This document shows, piece after piece, positions 49,858 to 61,681 of a stretch of 64,000 nt of DNA. The number at the start of each line of letters is the position of its first letter. The first letter of the stretch is position 1. Position numbers and translations under genes: made by a program. This DNA comes from Octopus sinensis (Eukaryota). The notes beneath the pieces were generated by a model that worked only from the letters and a program-made list of their open reading frames with translations, searched no databases and was not told the DNA's origin. Where the stretch lies: the NCBI RefSeq assembly GCF_006345805.1, contig NC_043011.1:14024464-14088463 (forward strand). Direction: 5' to 3'.

Positions 49858-51152
49858 TTTGATATTATAATAGGATCGCCAGATTCAGCAGAAACAATTG
49901 ACTTGGTAGGTCTTTATTTATTAGACAATATAGGTAAGGAATTCCCTGAATTAACTGGTGGTCTTTATAGAGTCGATGCATTATTCCTAGGTAAGAACCT
50001 TTCGAATAGATATCTAGAAATACTTAAAAAATGCTTACACAAATTCTTTAATAATTTTGGCCTATCTATAACCATTGAAAATGAAAATTATTCTATAAAT
50101 TATCTAGATGTTAATTGCAACCATAATACCGGACTCCATGAACCTTATGTGAAACAAAATTCTAATTTAAGATATATAAATAATTCCAGTAATCACCCTC
50201 CGTAAATAAAAAAAGCACTACTACTAAACATAAGTAAAAGAATTTCTAACCTATCTTCAAACAAAGAGATATTTAATAGACATAGGGAAAAATACAACAA
50301 AGCATTACATAAGGCAGGATTGGTTAATAATACCTTATGCTATGCAAATAAAAAATAATATAGTAAAAAATATTTTCAATATAATAAGTAAACATTTTGT
50401 AAAAGGAAAAAACAAATATTGGGAGATAATTAATAAAAAAACAATAAGAATAGGATATAGCCTAACTCATAACCTAGCCACCATCATATCCTCAATTAAC
50501 AATAGAAAACTTGACAATTTCTATTTAAGTAGAAAAAATAATTTAGGTAACACAAACATGAATAACAATAGCACAAAATATAATAATAATAATAATAATG
50601 GAAATACCACAACTAGTAATAATAACAATAAAAATAATAATGAGAACACTATATAAACTACTTCCTTTCCTTCTCTTTTGCCTTCTATTCATTTTCTTCC
50701 ATCTCCTTCCCTTTCTCCCTCTTATCATTATACATATCTACCCTCTTGATCCCCCCCCCCATCACATAATTTCTTCCCCACAGACCCATCCTGCATACAC
50801 ACTGTTAATTTTTTTCTTTTTGTTTCCTCCCAGTACTTTCATTTTCATAACAACAAGGTCTCATAAATACACAATGCTTCAAGCAAACTACAATACTCTC
50901 CTCTATGATATTGTGTAATATATATTATTGTACTTGTATTTCATTGAGCATTAGTCATGCATTTTAAAAGCAGTTTTGAGAAATGTGATTGAATAATACT
51001 TTAAAGATAAAAAAAAAACCCCAGTTTTTTCTTTTATGCTGCTACAAATATATTTCCTCTTCATTTTAATTTAACCCATTGCTTCTTTGTTTTGTATTAT
51101 TCATATTTTAACAAAAGCTTCATAATATATTCTCAGATGAATATATCTATTT

Positions 51153-51548
51153 CTTTACTATCTACAAGGGCTAAACACAGAGGGGACAAACAAGAACAGA
51201 CAAATGGATCAAGTCGATTATATCAACCCTAGTGCGTAACTGGTACTTATTCAATTGACCCAGAAAGGATGAAAGGCAAAGTCGACCTCAGTGGAATTTG
51301 AGCTGAGAACGTAATGGCAGACGAAATGCCTATTTCTTTACTACCCACAAGGGGCTAAACACAGAGGGGACAAACAAGGACAAACAAACGGATTAAGTCG
51401 ATTATATCAACCCTAGTGCATAACTGGTACTTATTTAATCGACCCTGAAAGGATGAAAGGCAAAGTTGACCTCAGAACGTAACGACAGACAAAATACCGC
51501 TAGGCATTTCGCCCACCATGCTAACATTTCTGCCAGCTCACCGCCTTT
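51153..51548 (-). mobile_element. SINE family B, tandem body
   Basis: Junction at 51329/51330. Confidence 0.88.
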
Positions 51549-51685
51549 CTCAGATGAGTATATCTTCAAAGTGAATATACATTATAGCTTTTGAAATAAC
51601 ATGAAATTGATTTCAATGGCATAAATTTCCCGTGAGAATATTAATGCTTAACATATTACAAGATGAAAGCAGGAGAATATATAAT

Positions 51686-52055
51686 CATCATCATCATCAT
51701 CATCGTTTAATGTCCGCTTTCCATGCTAGCATGGGTTGGACGATTTTGACTGAGGGCTGGCGAACCAGATGGCTGCACAAGGCTCCAGTCTTGATCTGGC
51801 AGAGTTTCTACAGCTGGATGCCCTTCCTAACGCCAACCACTCTGAGAGTGTAGTGGGTGCTTTTTACATGCCACTGGCACAGGGGCCAGTCAGGCGGTAC
51901 TGGCAATGACCTCGCTCGAATCTTTTTACACGTGCCAGTGAAGCGACGTTGGTAACGATCACGCTCGAATGGTGCCCTTTTACATGCCACAGGTACGGAA
52001 GCCAGTTGGCTGCTCTGGCAACGATCATGCTCGGATGGTGCTCTTGGCACCCTAA
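51686..52055 (-). mobile_element. RTE 3'UTR fragment
   Basis: Same tail motif. Confidence 0.85.
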
Positions 52056-53526
52056 GTAGTAATTTACAATTAATATTAATACAATCATATAAGGCAGTAA
52101 GCTGGCAGAATCGTTAGCATGCCAGGCAAAACGTTTAGTGGCATTTTGTCCATCTTTGTGTTCTTAGTTCAAATTCCACCAAGGTTGACTTTGCCTTTCA
52201 TCCTTTTGGGGTTGATAAAATAAGTACTAGTTGATCACTGGGGTCGATGTAATTGACTTGCCCCCTCCTCTGAAACTGCAGGCTTTGTGCCAAAGTTTGA
52301 AACCAATATTGATAAAATTATGAAGATAGGGGGTTGACATGCTTGGGAGAGATGTGGAAAAATTTTTTTGTAATATTACATTCTGGATTCAAATAACTAG
52401 AAGTTAACTTTTTGTCTTTAATTTTCTAGGGTTACTACAATAAGTACCAATCAAGTACCCTTTCCCCCAAATTGTTGGGCTTGTGCTTATCTCAGACATT
52501 ACTATTGATACAACTACAGCAAATAATAAATCTACTTTTGATGTTTTCTTTACAGGTGATTAGTAATTTGCCTAATAACCTTTTAAAATGGTGAAACCCA
52601 TCCAGTGTTCAGCATTCTACTTTACCTTTCATCTTTTAGGGCCAATAAAAAAAGGACCCAACTATGGCAGTGGATTGGTGGAACTATGAAAATATTAGAC
52701 AGGATGGCTTGTGGTATATGTTTAGAGTTCAAATCCTGCTGTGGGTAACCTGATTTAACACTACGACTTGGATTTTTGCACGTAAGTGAGTTTCTTAACC
52801 ACATGGTCAGTCCTGAACCAGTAAATATCTAGGAAAATGATGAAACTGGAGTATAGTAGTTTACTTACAGTCGAAGACTAATTTCTTTGTAACTAAACAC
52901 TTTTAAACTTTGTATACTGATAGAATGCGTTACATAAAACATCTTTTTCTCTTGGCTTTCTTGAGAAAATTCTGTAGTTTGTAAGCTATTTGTTGTTTAA
53001 TTTCTTGCATTTCAGCAATTTCAACCAATCAATTGAGGTGAATACAATACAAGATCCGTAAATTTTATGGTAATCTTTCAATGGCTAGTCTCTTAACTTG
53101 TAGCTACTAAGCATATGTAATTATCATTATTTAGCATTTATTTCCAATAATTAGCATGTTCAAACGAGCTATTAATTTTACAAGGACAAATATATGTCAA
53201 AGCTAACTACACTTATTTACAACTATCAGATTACAAAACTTTTTCATTAAGGTTGTTAGGAATCCATTATTCTTTTTTTCTAAGTGAACACAGTTGTCTT
53301 TCTTGCATCTCCTGATAATACTAGGGTTGGCTGAAAAGTTCATAGGTTGATCAAGATGCTCTCATGGAATGTGACCAAAAGGGGGTTTATTTTTTAACAT
53401 GCTAACTTCATTGTGCAGAATATTCTCAACTCTCTTGTGGGATATGCTAATAGCACTGGCTATTTGATTTATAGTTAATTGCCTGTCATCCATTACCATG
53501 TGGTGAACACAAGAACACAATCAATG

Positions 53527-53940
53527 GGATCTTTTCGGTTTGAATGGCAGTTTTTAAAAATAATTTCCATGTAACTAAACACTTTTAAACTTCGTATACT
53601 GTTAGAATATATTTATAAAACAACTTTTTCTCTTGGCTTTATTGAGAAAATTCTATAGTTTGTAAGATATTTGTTGTTTTTTTTCTTCAATTTCTGCAAT
53701 TTCAACCAATCAATGACCGTCTATTTTAGGTGAAAACATTCTGTGCCGTATGAATATGTCCCTCGTTTAAGAAACAGATTGGGTTTATTTACGTTTGTGA
53801 AGAAAAAAAGATACCCTTTCCCCCCACCCCTAACCCTAAAACAGATTGAAATGCAATAGATAGATACTAGGGTCATAATTATGGGTGACAATTTCATATG
53901 ACACTGCTAGAAAAAACTGCCGGTCAAACCGAAAAGATCC
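53527..53940. mobile_element. Third copy of the same MITE
   Basis: Same TIRs and body; no TSD recognisable. A partial fourth copy lies at about 52880-53035. Confidence 0.85.
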
Positions 53941-54103
53941 GTATCTTTCATCAGGGGGTCAGCAACAAATCCTCAGTTGGCTCCCCTATAATCACTGTAG
54001 ATCTTCCTTCTCTTGTCCTGTTGCACAAATAAACTAAACAATGTTACAATATACAAAGATGTAAAATTGTAAAGAATACTAGGTACTTAAGTAGTTTACT
54101 TAC

Positions 54104-54186
54104 AATGGTACAAGAATTGGGGGATTCTTGTTGAATTCTTCAATTATAGATTGTATCACAAGACCCAGGTTACTATGCATGGTAAA
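54104..54186 (-). CDS. VPS37A: VPS37A exon
   Basis: ttgtttag|TTT ACC ATG...CCA TT|gtaagt. FTMHSNLGLVIQSIIEEFNKNPPILVP resembles human FTMHSDLGKIIQSLLDEFWKNPPVLAP. 83 nt, phase 0 to 2. Confidence 0.95.
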
Positions 54187-54649
54187 CTAAACAAGGAGAA
54201 ATAACAAACAATATTAGTATTAAGGATATGTTTATGCAGTGATAAAGATAGTAAAGTATAAATGTTAAACTGAAAAAAACAAAATCTGAAGCTAATGGAA
54301 TAGTAATTATACACTGACGTATTTAAACTCATGTCCTCATCTTGGTGGTCACGATGTTTAAGCCTTAAGCATTCACATTATTCTGTCAAAAGTAATCTCC
54401 TTTACTCTTTTACTTGTTTCAGTCATTTGACTGCGGCCATGCTTTTTGTAAGCCCAGTACTTATTCTATCGGTTTCTTTTGCTGAACCGCTAAGCAACGG
54501 GGACATAAACACACCAGCATCGGTTGTCAAGCAATGCTAGGGGGACAAACACAGACACACGAACACACACACATATATATCAAGTCCATAGATGGGACAG
54601 ATTGTCCATAAGAAGAATATTCATGTATTACTTTACTCTTCTGCAGGTG

Positions 54650-55100
54650 AAGCTATTTGCTTGTTCTATTGATACTATTTGCATGACTCCTTTCGAAAAT
54701 TGAGGTTTTTGTTCATGGAGTCAGTGGAGGTTTAGTGTAAGATGTCTAGGTTGCGCAGGAATGATGTGGAAGGTTCAGTAATGAAAAGTGGCACCATCCG
54801 CATAGTAATGAGTTTTACTGGAGGTGATGGTCAGTAGGTTGTTGATGTAGAGAAAGAAATTTTGTTTGGAGACATAACCGAATCTTGAGAGACATCAAAG
54901 TTATCATAATGTGCAGCTAAGAGGGAGCTCCATCAGAATACACCACAATAGAAGGAATAGACTGGTGGCTATATAACTGCATTGATTGGCACATATTGAG
55001 TGTAGTGTGATGAGTTTGACACAATGGGGAAAATCAGGCAAGCTTTCCATTGTCTATGAAAGGTTTGAGAAACTATTTGTAAACAACGAATTTCAGTTCG
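54650..55100 (-). mobile_element. Highly degraded non-LTR RT fragment (domains 4-5)
   Basis: Broken translation QDSVMSP..FLYINNLLTITSSKTHYYADGATFH resembles QGSVLSP..FINDLL...HSYADDSTLH. Confidence 0.6.
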
Positions 55101-55334
55101 GATTGATATGTAAAGTATTTTCTTTGGGAAAGTTGAGCTGTCATTATGACAGCAAAACTTACATTCTTGATTTGAAAAACAAATGTACAGCACACATACA
55201 AGCATGTGTATATTTTACATGTAATAAATTCCAGAGAAAAATATTACATTTAGGAAAAAAAGCTATAGTGTACTGCAGACTATATTTGTAGATTTTAAGC
55301 CAACACTGTAAGTACAAACAGATGCAGACACTTT

Positions 55335-55640
55335 GTGGAGGCACATGGCCTAGTGGTTAGAGCAGCGGACTCGCGGTCAAGGGATCGCGGGTTCGAATCG
55401 CAGACCGGGCGATGTGTGTGTTTATGAGCGAAAACACCTAAGCTCCACGCGGCTCCAGCAGAAGGTAATGGTGAACTTCTGCTGACTCTTTCGCCACAAC
55501 TTTCTCTCACTCTTTCCTCCTGCATCTTGCAGCTCACCTGCGACAGACCGACGTCCCGTCCAGGTGGGGAACCTATGCGCCAAGAAACCAGGAAACCAGC
55601 CCTTATGAGCCAGGTATGGCTCGAGAAGGAACAAACAACA
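55335..55640 (+). mobile_element. SINE family E (tRNA-derived, Deu/Nin-like 3' part)
   Basis: TGGCCTAGTGG A box, GGTTCGAATC B box, then GTCCCGTCCAGG..GAAACC..GAGCC..TGGCTCGAG. Confidence 0.8.
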
Positions 55641-55886
55641 GACACTTTGCTTTATATACATATATCTGTGAGGTTTACCTAACAGGGTATGTATGAACAT
55701 TCTGTATTGTGTAAAAATCTAAAAACATATTTTGTAATACAGTATAGTTTTGAAACAAAATATTTCTAGTGTATTAGTAATGTAATAGTTGAACGAGTAC
55801 AATTAATCAGTCCAATTTACTTAAGCCCTGAGTAATGGATATAAAAACCAATCACTGTGTGGACTGTTAAAGAAGATAATCAATCA

Positions 55887-55920
55887 CTGATGAAACCCTG
55901 ATTGAGGATTAAAACTAGTC
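55887..55920 (+). ncRNA. Degenerate hammerhead-like motif
   Basis: CUGAUGA-AACCC UGAUUGA GGAUU-AAAAC UAGUC (G12 to A). Palindromic ACUAGU, GUC triplet, stem I lost. Confidence 0.4.
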
Positions 55921-56123
55921 CATACAGTTTCTTTTTCTGTCCATAAAGATACCACAAAGATATTGTCTTCATCTATCTTTTACATACAGATTTGGCTAAT
56001 GTCATAGTCTACAGTACAGTATAGCAGTGAAACAAACTTGGTTGATGCACAAGTTATTTATTAGAAAAATAATAAGAACAAATAGAAAAAAAATAATATT
56101 AAAAAATAAGAACAGTAACTCAC

Positions 56124-56238
56124 TTCATTTAATGAAGGACATCCCACAACTTTTGATTGGGAATCCACCCAAGGGTGTTTGGCAGGAGGTTGTATAGTAA
56201 CAACTGGTTTCTCCTGTGGAAACTGGGGTGGCAGAGAT
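56124..56238 (-). CDS. VPS37A: VPS37A exon (UEV-like N-terminal domain), most 5' exon found in the window
   Basis: ttttccag|A TCT CTG...AAT GAA|gtgagt. Encodes SLPPQFPQEKPVVTIQPPAKHPWVDSQSKVVGCPSLNE, matching the vertebrate VPS37A motif LPPQFPQEKPV (recalled). 115 nt. Confidence 0.95.
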
Positions 56239-56384
56239 CTGGAAAAGAAAAGTTTTAAACCTTTCAAAAGACTTATTTCAATAAAACATATACACTAACA
56301 GTTATACCTGTGAAAGGAAAATATCAGAATTAGTAGAGTCTGGTGAAATCCATTACCACAAGAATATTTAATGAAATCAACATA

Positions 56385-56550
56385 AGGCGCAGGAGTGGCT
56401 GTGTGGTAAGTAGCTTGCTTACCAACCACATGGTTCCGGGTTCAGTCCCACTGCGTGGCATCTTGGGCAAGTGTCTTCTGCTATAGCCCTGGGCCAACCA
56501 ATGCCTTGTGAGTGGATTTGGTAGACGGAAACTGAAAGAAGCCTGTCGTA

Positions 56551-56589
<39 letters not shown>

Positions 56590-56840
56590 TATATATGTAT
56601 GTGTGTGTATATGTATGTGTGTGTATATGTTTGTGTGTCTGTGTTTGTCCCCCTAGCATTGCTTGACAACCGATGCTGGTGTGTTTATGTCCCCGTCAAT
56701 TAGCGGTTCGGCAAAAGAGACCGATACAATAAGTACTGGGCTTACAAAGAATAAGTCCCGGGGTCGATCTGCTCGACTAAAGGCGGTGCTCCAGCATGGC
56801 CGCAGTCAAATGACTGAAACAAGTAAAAGAGAAAAGAGAG
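56385..56840 (+). mobile_element. SINE family A
   Basis: Full length, close to consensus. Confidence 0.9.
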
Positions 56841-57099
56841 AAAGAGAAACCAGTGCAGAAGCTGTGTCTTCCTTGTTTCCCCCCCCCCCATTCAACTACT
56901 ATGGTGGTTAAATATGCCTTCAAATTTGCTGCCCACTTAGCATCTAAATCCATGCTACAAACTCTAAGTAAATCTTCTCCACTCTGCCAGGCTCACCATA
57001 CATTTCACGTGTGAAAGCACCTCCAATTGTTTCAACTAACAAAGCCATAAATTCCCACGATGTCACTTCAATTACCCTCAATGTGCCCCAGAAACAGCC

Positions 57100-57560
57100 C
57101 ATAACCCTCACCAAATTCTTCAATCTCTTACATTCTGTAAGGATACAACCTGGTCTTTGGAAACAATACTATACACCACTCTTAAAAGGGCAATATCTCT
57201 GACTGAGCCATCAGTCCTCTTGTCACACTTCCAGCATATCAAACATGATAGCCACTTGTTAATAACCACTTTCACTAAACACTTTGAATTTCACAATCTC
57301 TTCAGGGACCACCAGTAAGGCTTTCATAGAGCCAAATCTACAGAAGACTGGCTCTTGTATGTTACTCAGAGTGGGATCTTGCTTACAATGAAGTTGAAAA
57401 TAATACTATTGCACTTCACATCAACAAAGCTTCTAGCTGTGACTTGTACAAGAATCTCCTTACCAAAACCGCTCACCAATGGGACCCTTCATCGCTCATC
57501 TATTGGACCAGTGGGCCTACAGTTAGACCACACTGTTCTGACATGTATTAAAGGAGCCCT
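57100..57560 (+). mobile_element. Highly degraded non-LTR RT fragment (domains 1-3)
   Basis: Broken translation DHQ*GFHRAKSTEDWLLYVT..WDLAYNEVENNTIALHINKAS resembles QYGFR..STGDLL...ALDISKAFD. Confidence 0.55.
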
Positions 57561-57622
57561 CTTTAAAATGCTTTATTATCAACACTGGTATATCCCATAC
57601 ACTTCCTCTTCTACATTAACCA

Positions 57623-58978
57623 CATCCATACGTAACACATGATCATACCAGTGCAGTCGTCTCTCTTGCACATCACATCTGATGCTTCTTAGGTCCAACT
57701 TTTCTCTCAAGGCACTAACACTCTGTCAAGTATGCACACTGACATTACACATCCATCGGAGCATACTAGCTTCATTCCTTGCGAGCTTACGCATGTCCTC
57801 AGCAGTCACGGCCCATGTTTCACTGCCATGTAGCATGGCTGTTTGTACACATGTATCATACAGTCTACCTTTTACTCTGAGCGAGAGGCCCTTTGTCATC
57901 AGCAGAAGTAAGAGCTCTCTGAACTTTGCCCAGGCTATTCTTATTCTAGCAGCTACACTTTCAGCACACCCTCCTCCGCTACTGACTTGGTCACCTAGGC
58001 AACGGAAGCTATCAACTGCTTCTAGTTTTTCTCCCTGGAATGTGGCAGAGGTTGTTCTCTGCACATTTTCTGTGTTATTTATTGCTCCCGAGCATCTGTC
58101 ACATACAAAAGCTATCTTCCCAGTCTGCCTTCCTTTGATATTGCTGCACCTCTTATGTGTTAATAGCTTACACTGGGTGCATCTTATAGAGTTTCTTCCT
58201 ACGCCATTTCTACAGATCAAGCAGGGCCCTCTACCTGAAGAGATTTGTGGTTTGCCTGCCTTCCTACTTATTAGGACTTTGGTTTTAGCTAGGTTGATTC
58301 TAAGGCCCTTCGATTCTAATCTTTGTTTCCACACTTGAAACTTCTCCTCTAGTTCTGATAATGACTCAGCAATTAGAGCAAGGTCATCAGCATAGAGGAG
58401 CTCCCAGGGGCATCCTGTTTTGAATTCCTCTGTTATTACCTGGAGGACTATGATGAATAGGAGGGGGCTGAGGACTGAACCTTGGTAAACCCCTAACTCT
58501 ACCCTGAATTCTTCACTGTACTTGTTGTCAACCCTCACCTTACTGACAGCGTCCCTGTACATGGCTTGCACAGCTCTCACTAACCATTCATCTATCCCTA
58601 GTTTCCTCATTGACCACCAGATAAGGGATTGGGGCACCCTGTCAAAGGCTTTCTCCATGTCAATGAAAGCCAGGTACAGGGGTTTATCTTTGGCTAAGTA
58701 TTTCTCCTGCAGCTGTCTTACCAGAAATATCACATCAGTGGTGCTTTTCCCTGGCACGAACCCAAACTGTATCTCATCTAAACTGACTCTCTCTCTAATT
58801 AGTTGGGCTATGACCCTCTCCGTAACCTTCATTACTTGATCCAACAGCTTGATACCTCTGTAATTATTTGTATCTAGGGCGTTACCTTTACCTTTGTAGC
58901 AGTTGACTATTATGCTGCTACACCAGTCATTGGGTATGACTCCTTCGTGTATCATCTGGTTAACTATATAGGTGACTA
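57623..58978 (-). mobile_element. RTE-clade LINE fragment with RT domain (truncated at both ends)
   Basis: ORF 57726-59117 carries NYRGIKLL, QFGFVPGKST, FIDMEKAFDRV, QGSVLSPLLF and LLYADD. TGA at 57726 is probably CGA decay; homology continues to RLHWYDHVLRMD. The first ~45 ORF codons come from a SINE and a microsatellite. Confidence 0.95.
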
Positions 58979-58981
58979 AGC

Positions 58982-59014
<33 letters not shown>

Positions 59015-59020
59015 ATATAC

Positions 59021-59052
<32 letters not shown>

Positions 59053-59053
<1 letters not shown>

Positions 59054-59372
59054 GGTGCAGGTGTGGATGTGTTAAGAAGCTTGCTTCCCAACCACATGGT
59101 TCCGGGTTCAGTCCCACTGTGTGGCACCTTGGGCAAGTGTCTTCTACTATAGCCTTGGGCCGACCAAAGCCATGTCAGTGGATTTGAATGATGGAAACTG
59201 AAAGAAGTCTGCTCTATATATATATTTATGTGCGTGTATTTGTGTCTGTGTTAGTCCCCCCCCCCCATTGCCTAGAAACCAATGTTGGTGTGTTTATGTC
59301 CCCATAACTTAGCGGTTCGGCAGAAGATATCGATAGAATAAGCACCAGGCTTACAAAGGTACTCCAGCATGC
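59053..59372 (+). mobile_element. SINE family A (diverged)
   Basis: Next to the RTE 5' truncation. Confidence 0.85.
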
Positions 59373-59791
59373 CCCCCACTCAAGACCATTTTGATAAAGG
59401 GAGAAATTGTAACCGACATAACTGATCAGCATCTTGTATGTACTATATTTTCAACAACCCAGGAGAAAACTAAACTAAAGAACAAGAAGAAGTCCTTGAT
59501 CAAATCTGCCTTTATCATGGTCATGTGTCACAATATTAATATTTAAGCCTGTTGCGAAGTTTTTATCACAAAATTAGTGATCATTAAAAATTACTATTAT
59601 TGATTTTTTAACGTAAGCACTGTACCTCAGATAATTATATTTATCCGTGTAAACATTTATATGTTTCAAAACAAGTATAATCGTGTTGCAGACAGAATGC
59701 GTAGTATTTATGAAGGTTTATGTAAAGAACAAGTCGTCAATCTAGTATTAATGTAATACAAATTAGGTTACACACATACACACACACATAT

Positions 59792-60183
59792 ATACTCTTT
59801 TACTTGTTTCAGTCATTTGATTGCGGCCATGCTGGAGCACCACCTTTAATCGAGCAACTCGACCCCGGGACTTATTCTTTTTGAAAGCCCAGTACTTATT
59901 CTATCGGTCTCTTTTGCCGAACTGCTAAGTAACGGGGACATAAACACACCAGCATTGGTTGTCAAGCAATGCTAGGGGGACACACACAAACACACACGCA
60001 TATATATATACATATATACGACGGGCTTCTTTCAGTTTCCGTCTACCAAATCCACTCACAAGGCTTTGGTCGGCCCAGGGCTATAGTAGAAGACACTTGC
60101 CCAAGGTGACATGCAGTGGGACTGAACCCGGAACCATGTGGTTGGTAAACAAGCTACTTACCACACAGCCACTCCTACGCCTA
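59792..60183 (-). mobile_element. SINE family A
   Basis: Full length. Confidence 0.9.
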
Positions 60184-60197
60184 TATATATATACATA

Positions 60198-60400
60198 TAC
60201 CGGAGTAAACACATAAATGTGAAACAAGGTGGAACAAAGAGTACTCAAATACCAGAGGTAGAGTAATATGCTTTATTTAAAAGCAGCAGAAATTTAACAA
60301 AAGCTGTTACTTGGAGTTTCACGTTCCCATTCATCGGACAGTTTTGTTGTCCGACGAACGGGAACGTGAAACTCCGAGTAACAGCTTTTGTTAAATAAAG
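60198..60400 (-). mobile_element. PLE-type terminal repeat with inverted duplication of its hammerhead end
   Basis: Reverse-complement homologue of 44995-45137. 49-bp hairpin arms at 60292-60340 and 60348-60396. Confidence 0.72.
60346..60385 (+). ncRNA. Minimal hammerhead-like motif (U4C), mirrored on the minus strand at 60303-60342
   Basis: GUUGU-CCGACGA-ACG GGAA CGU-GAAACUCCGAGUA^-ACAGC. Confidence 0.62.
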
Positions 60401-60402
60401 TA

Positions 60403-60897
60403 TCATCATCATCATCATTTAGTATCCGCTTTGCATGCTAGCATGGGTTGGACGGTTCAACTGGGGTCTGGGAGGCTAGAAGGCTGCACCAGGCCCAGTC
60501 TGATCTAGCAATGTTTCTATGGCCGGATGCCCTTCCTAATGCCAACCACTCCGTGAGTGTAGTGGGTGCTTTTTACATGCCACCGGCACAGGTGCCAGAC
60601 GGGGCTGGCAAACGGCCATGATCGGATGGTGCTTTTTACGTGCCACCGGCACCGCTCAAATCTATATATATATATATAGATTCGAGCGAGGTTGTTGCCA
60701 GTACCGCCTGGCTGGCCCCTGTGCCAGTGGCACGAAGAAGCACCCACTACACTCTCGGAGTGGTTGGCATTAGGAAGGGCATCCAGCTGTAGAAACTCTG
60801 CCAGATCAAGACTGGAGCCTGGTGCAGCCATCTGGTTCGCCAGCCCTCAGTCAAACCGTCCAATCCATGCTAGCAGACGTTAAATGATGATGATGAT
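60403..60897. mobile_element. Back-to-back inverted RTE 3'UTR fragments (60403-60655 minus, 60680-60897 plus)
   Basis: Two tails separated only by a short (TA)n. Confidence 0.85.
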
Positions 60898-60904
60898 ATA
60901 TATA

Positions 60905-61670
60905 TCATCATCATCATCATCATCATCGTTTAACGTCCGCTTTCCATGCTAGCATGGGTTGGACGGTTCAACTGGGGTCTGGCAAGCCCGAAGGCTGCAC
61001 CAGGCCAGTCAGATCTGGCAGTGTTTCTACAGCTGGATGCCCTTCCTAACGCCAACCACTCCGAGAGTGTAGTGGGTGATTTTATGTGCCACCGACACAG
61101 GTGTCAGACGAGGCTGGCAGACGGCCACGCTCGGATGGTGTTTTCTTATGTGTCACCGACACAGGTGCCAGACAGGGCTGGCGGACGGCCACGCTCGGAT
61201 GGTGTTTGTTACGTGCCCTCAGCACGGAGGCCAGTCGTTGCGGTACTGGCTACGATCACGTTCGGATGGTTTTCTTATGTGCCACCGGCACTGGTACCAC
61301 AAGGATACAAATTCCATTGATGTTCATCTATTTTGATTTGGTTCGATTTGATTTGATTTGATTCGATTCGATTCTCACTTGCCTCAACAGGTCTTCACAA
61401 GTGTCACAAGAAGGAAGGTATGCACAGGTGGACTGACTACGTCCCAGGTAGGGGCCACGGATTATGGCTTCACTAGTCTTGCCGGGTCTTCTCACACACA
61501 GCATACTTCCATAGGTCTCGGTCTCTAGTCATTTCCATGGTGAGACCTAACGTCCGAAGGTCGTGCTTCACCACTTCGTCCCAGGTTTTCCTGGGTCTAC
61601 CTCTTCCACGGGTTCCCTCAACTGCTAGGGATTGGCACTTTCTCACACACCTATCTTCATCCATATGCTA
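60905..61670 (-). mobile_element. RTE LINE 3' end (last ~60 codons, 3'UTR, GAT tail)
   Basis: MDEDRCVRKCQSLAVEGTRGRGRPRKTWDEVVKHDLRTLGL, followed by the same 3'UTR as 23372-23890. Confidence 0.92.
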
Positions 61671-61681
61671 ATTGCCAATGC

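Larger units (their letters stand above)
49054..50540 (+). mobile_element. Penelope-like element RT pseudogene, interrupted by a 207-bp insertion
   Basis: YDKIGNIY..ITKKYK..ITIKDHKENFPNKTQVRLICPNKSDLGKLSKIILD..NLWKNTQGALEWF..QIDIQNYYASI; FDII|IGSPDSAETIDLVGLYLL..GLYRVD (for YRDD)..NYLDV..YINNSSNHPP. Contains stops and frameshifts; no GIY-YIG domain seen. Confidence 0.9.

Noticed and set aside
55335-55410. tRNA gene (A and B boxes present)
   Set aside because: No complete cloverleaf, and it continues into a SINE body shared with 35995.
54650-57560. Two old RT fragments (domains 4-5 on minus, 1-3 on plus) as halves of one element split by an inversion
   Set aside because: The required inversion would include the VPS37A exon at 56124-56238, which is correctly oriented. 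Independent insertions are simpler.
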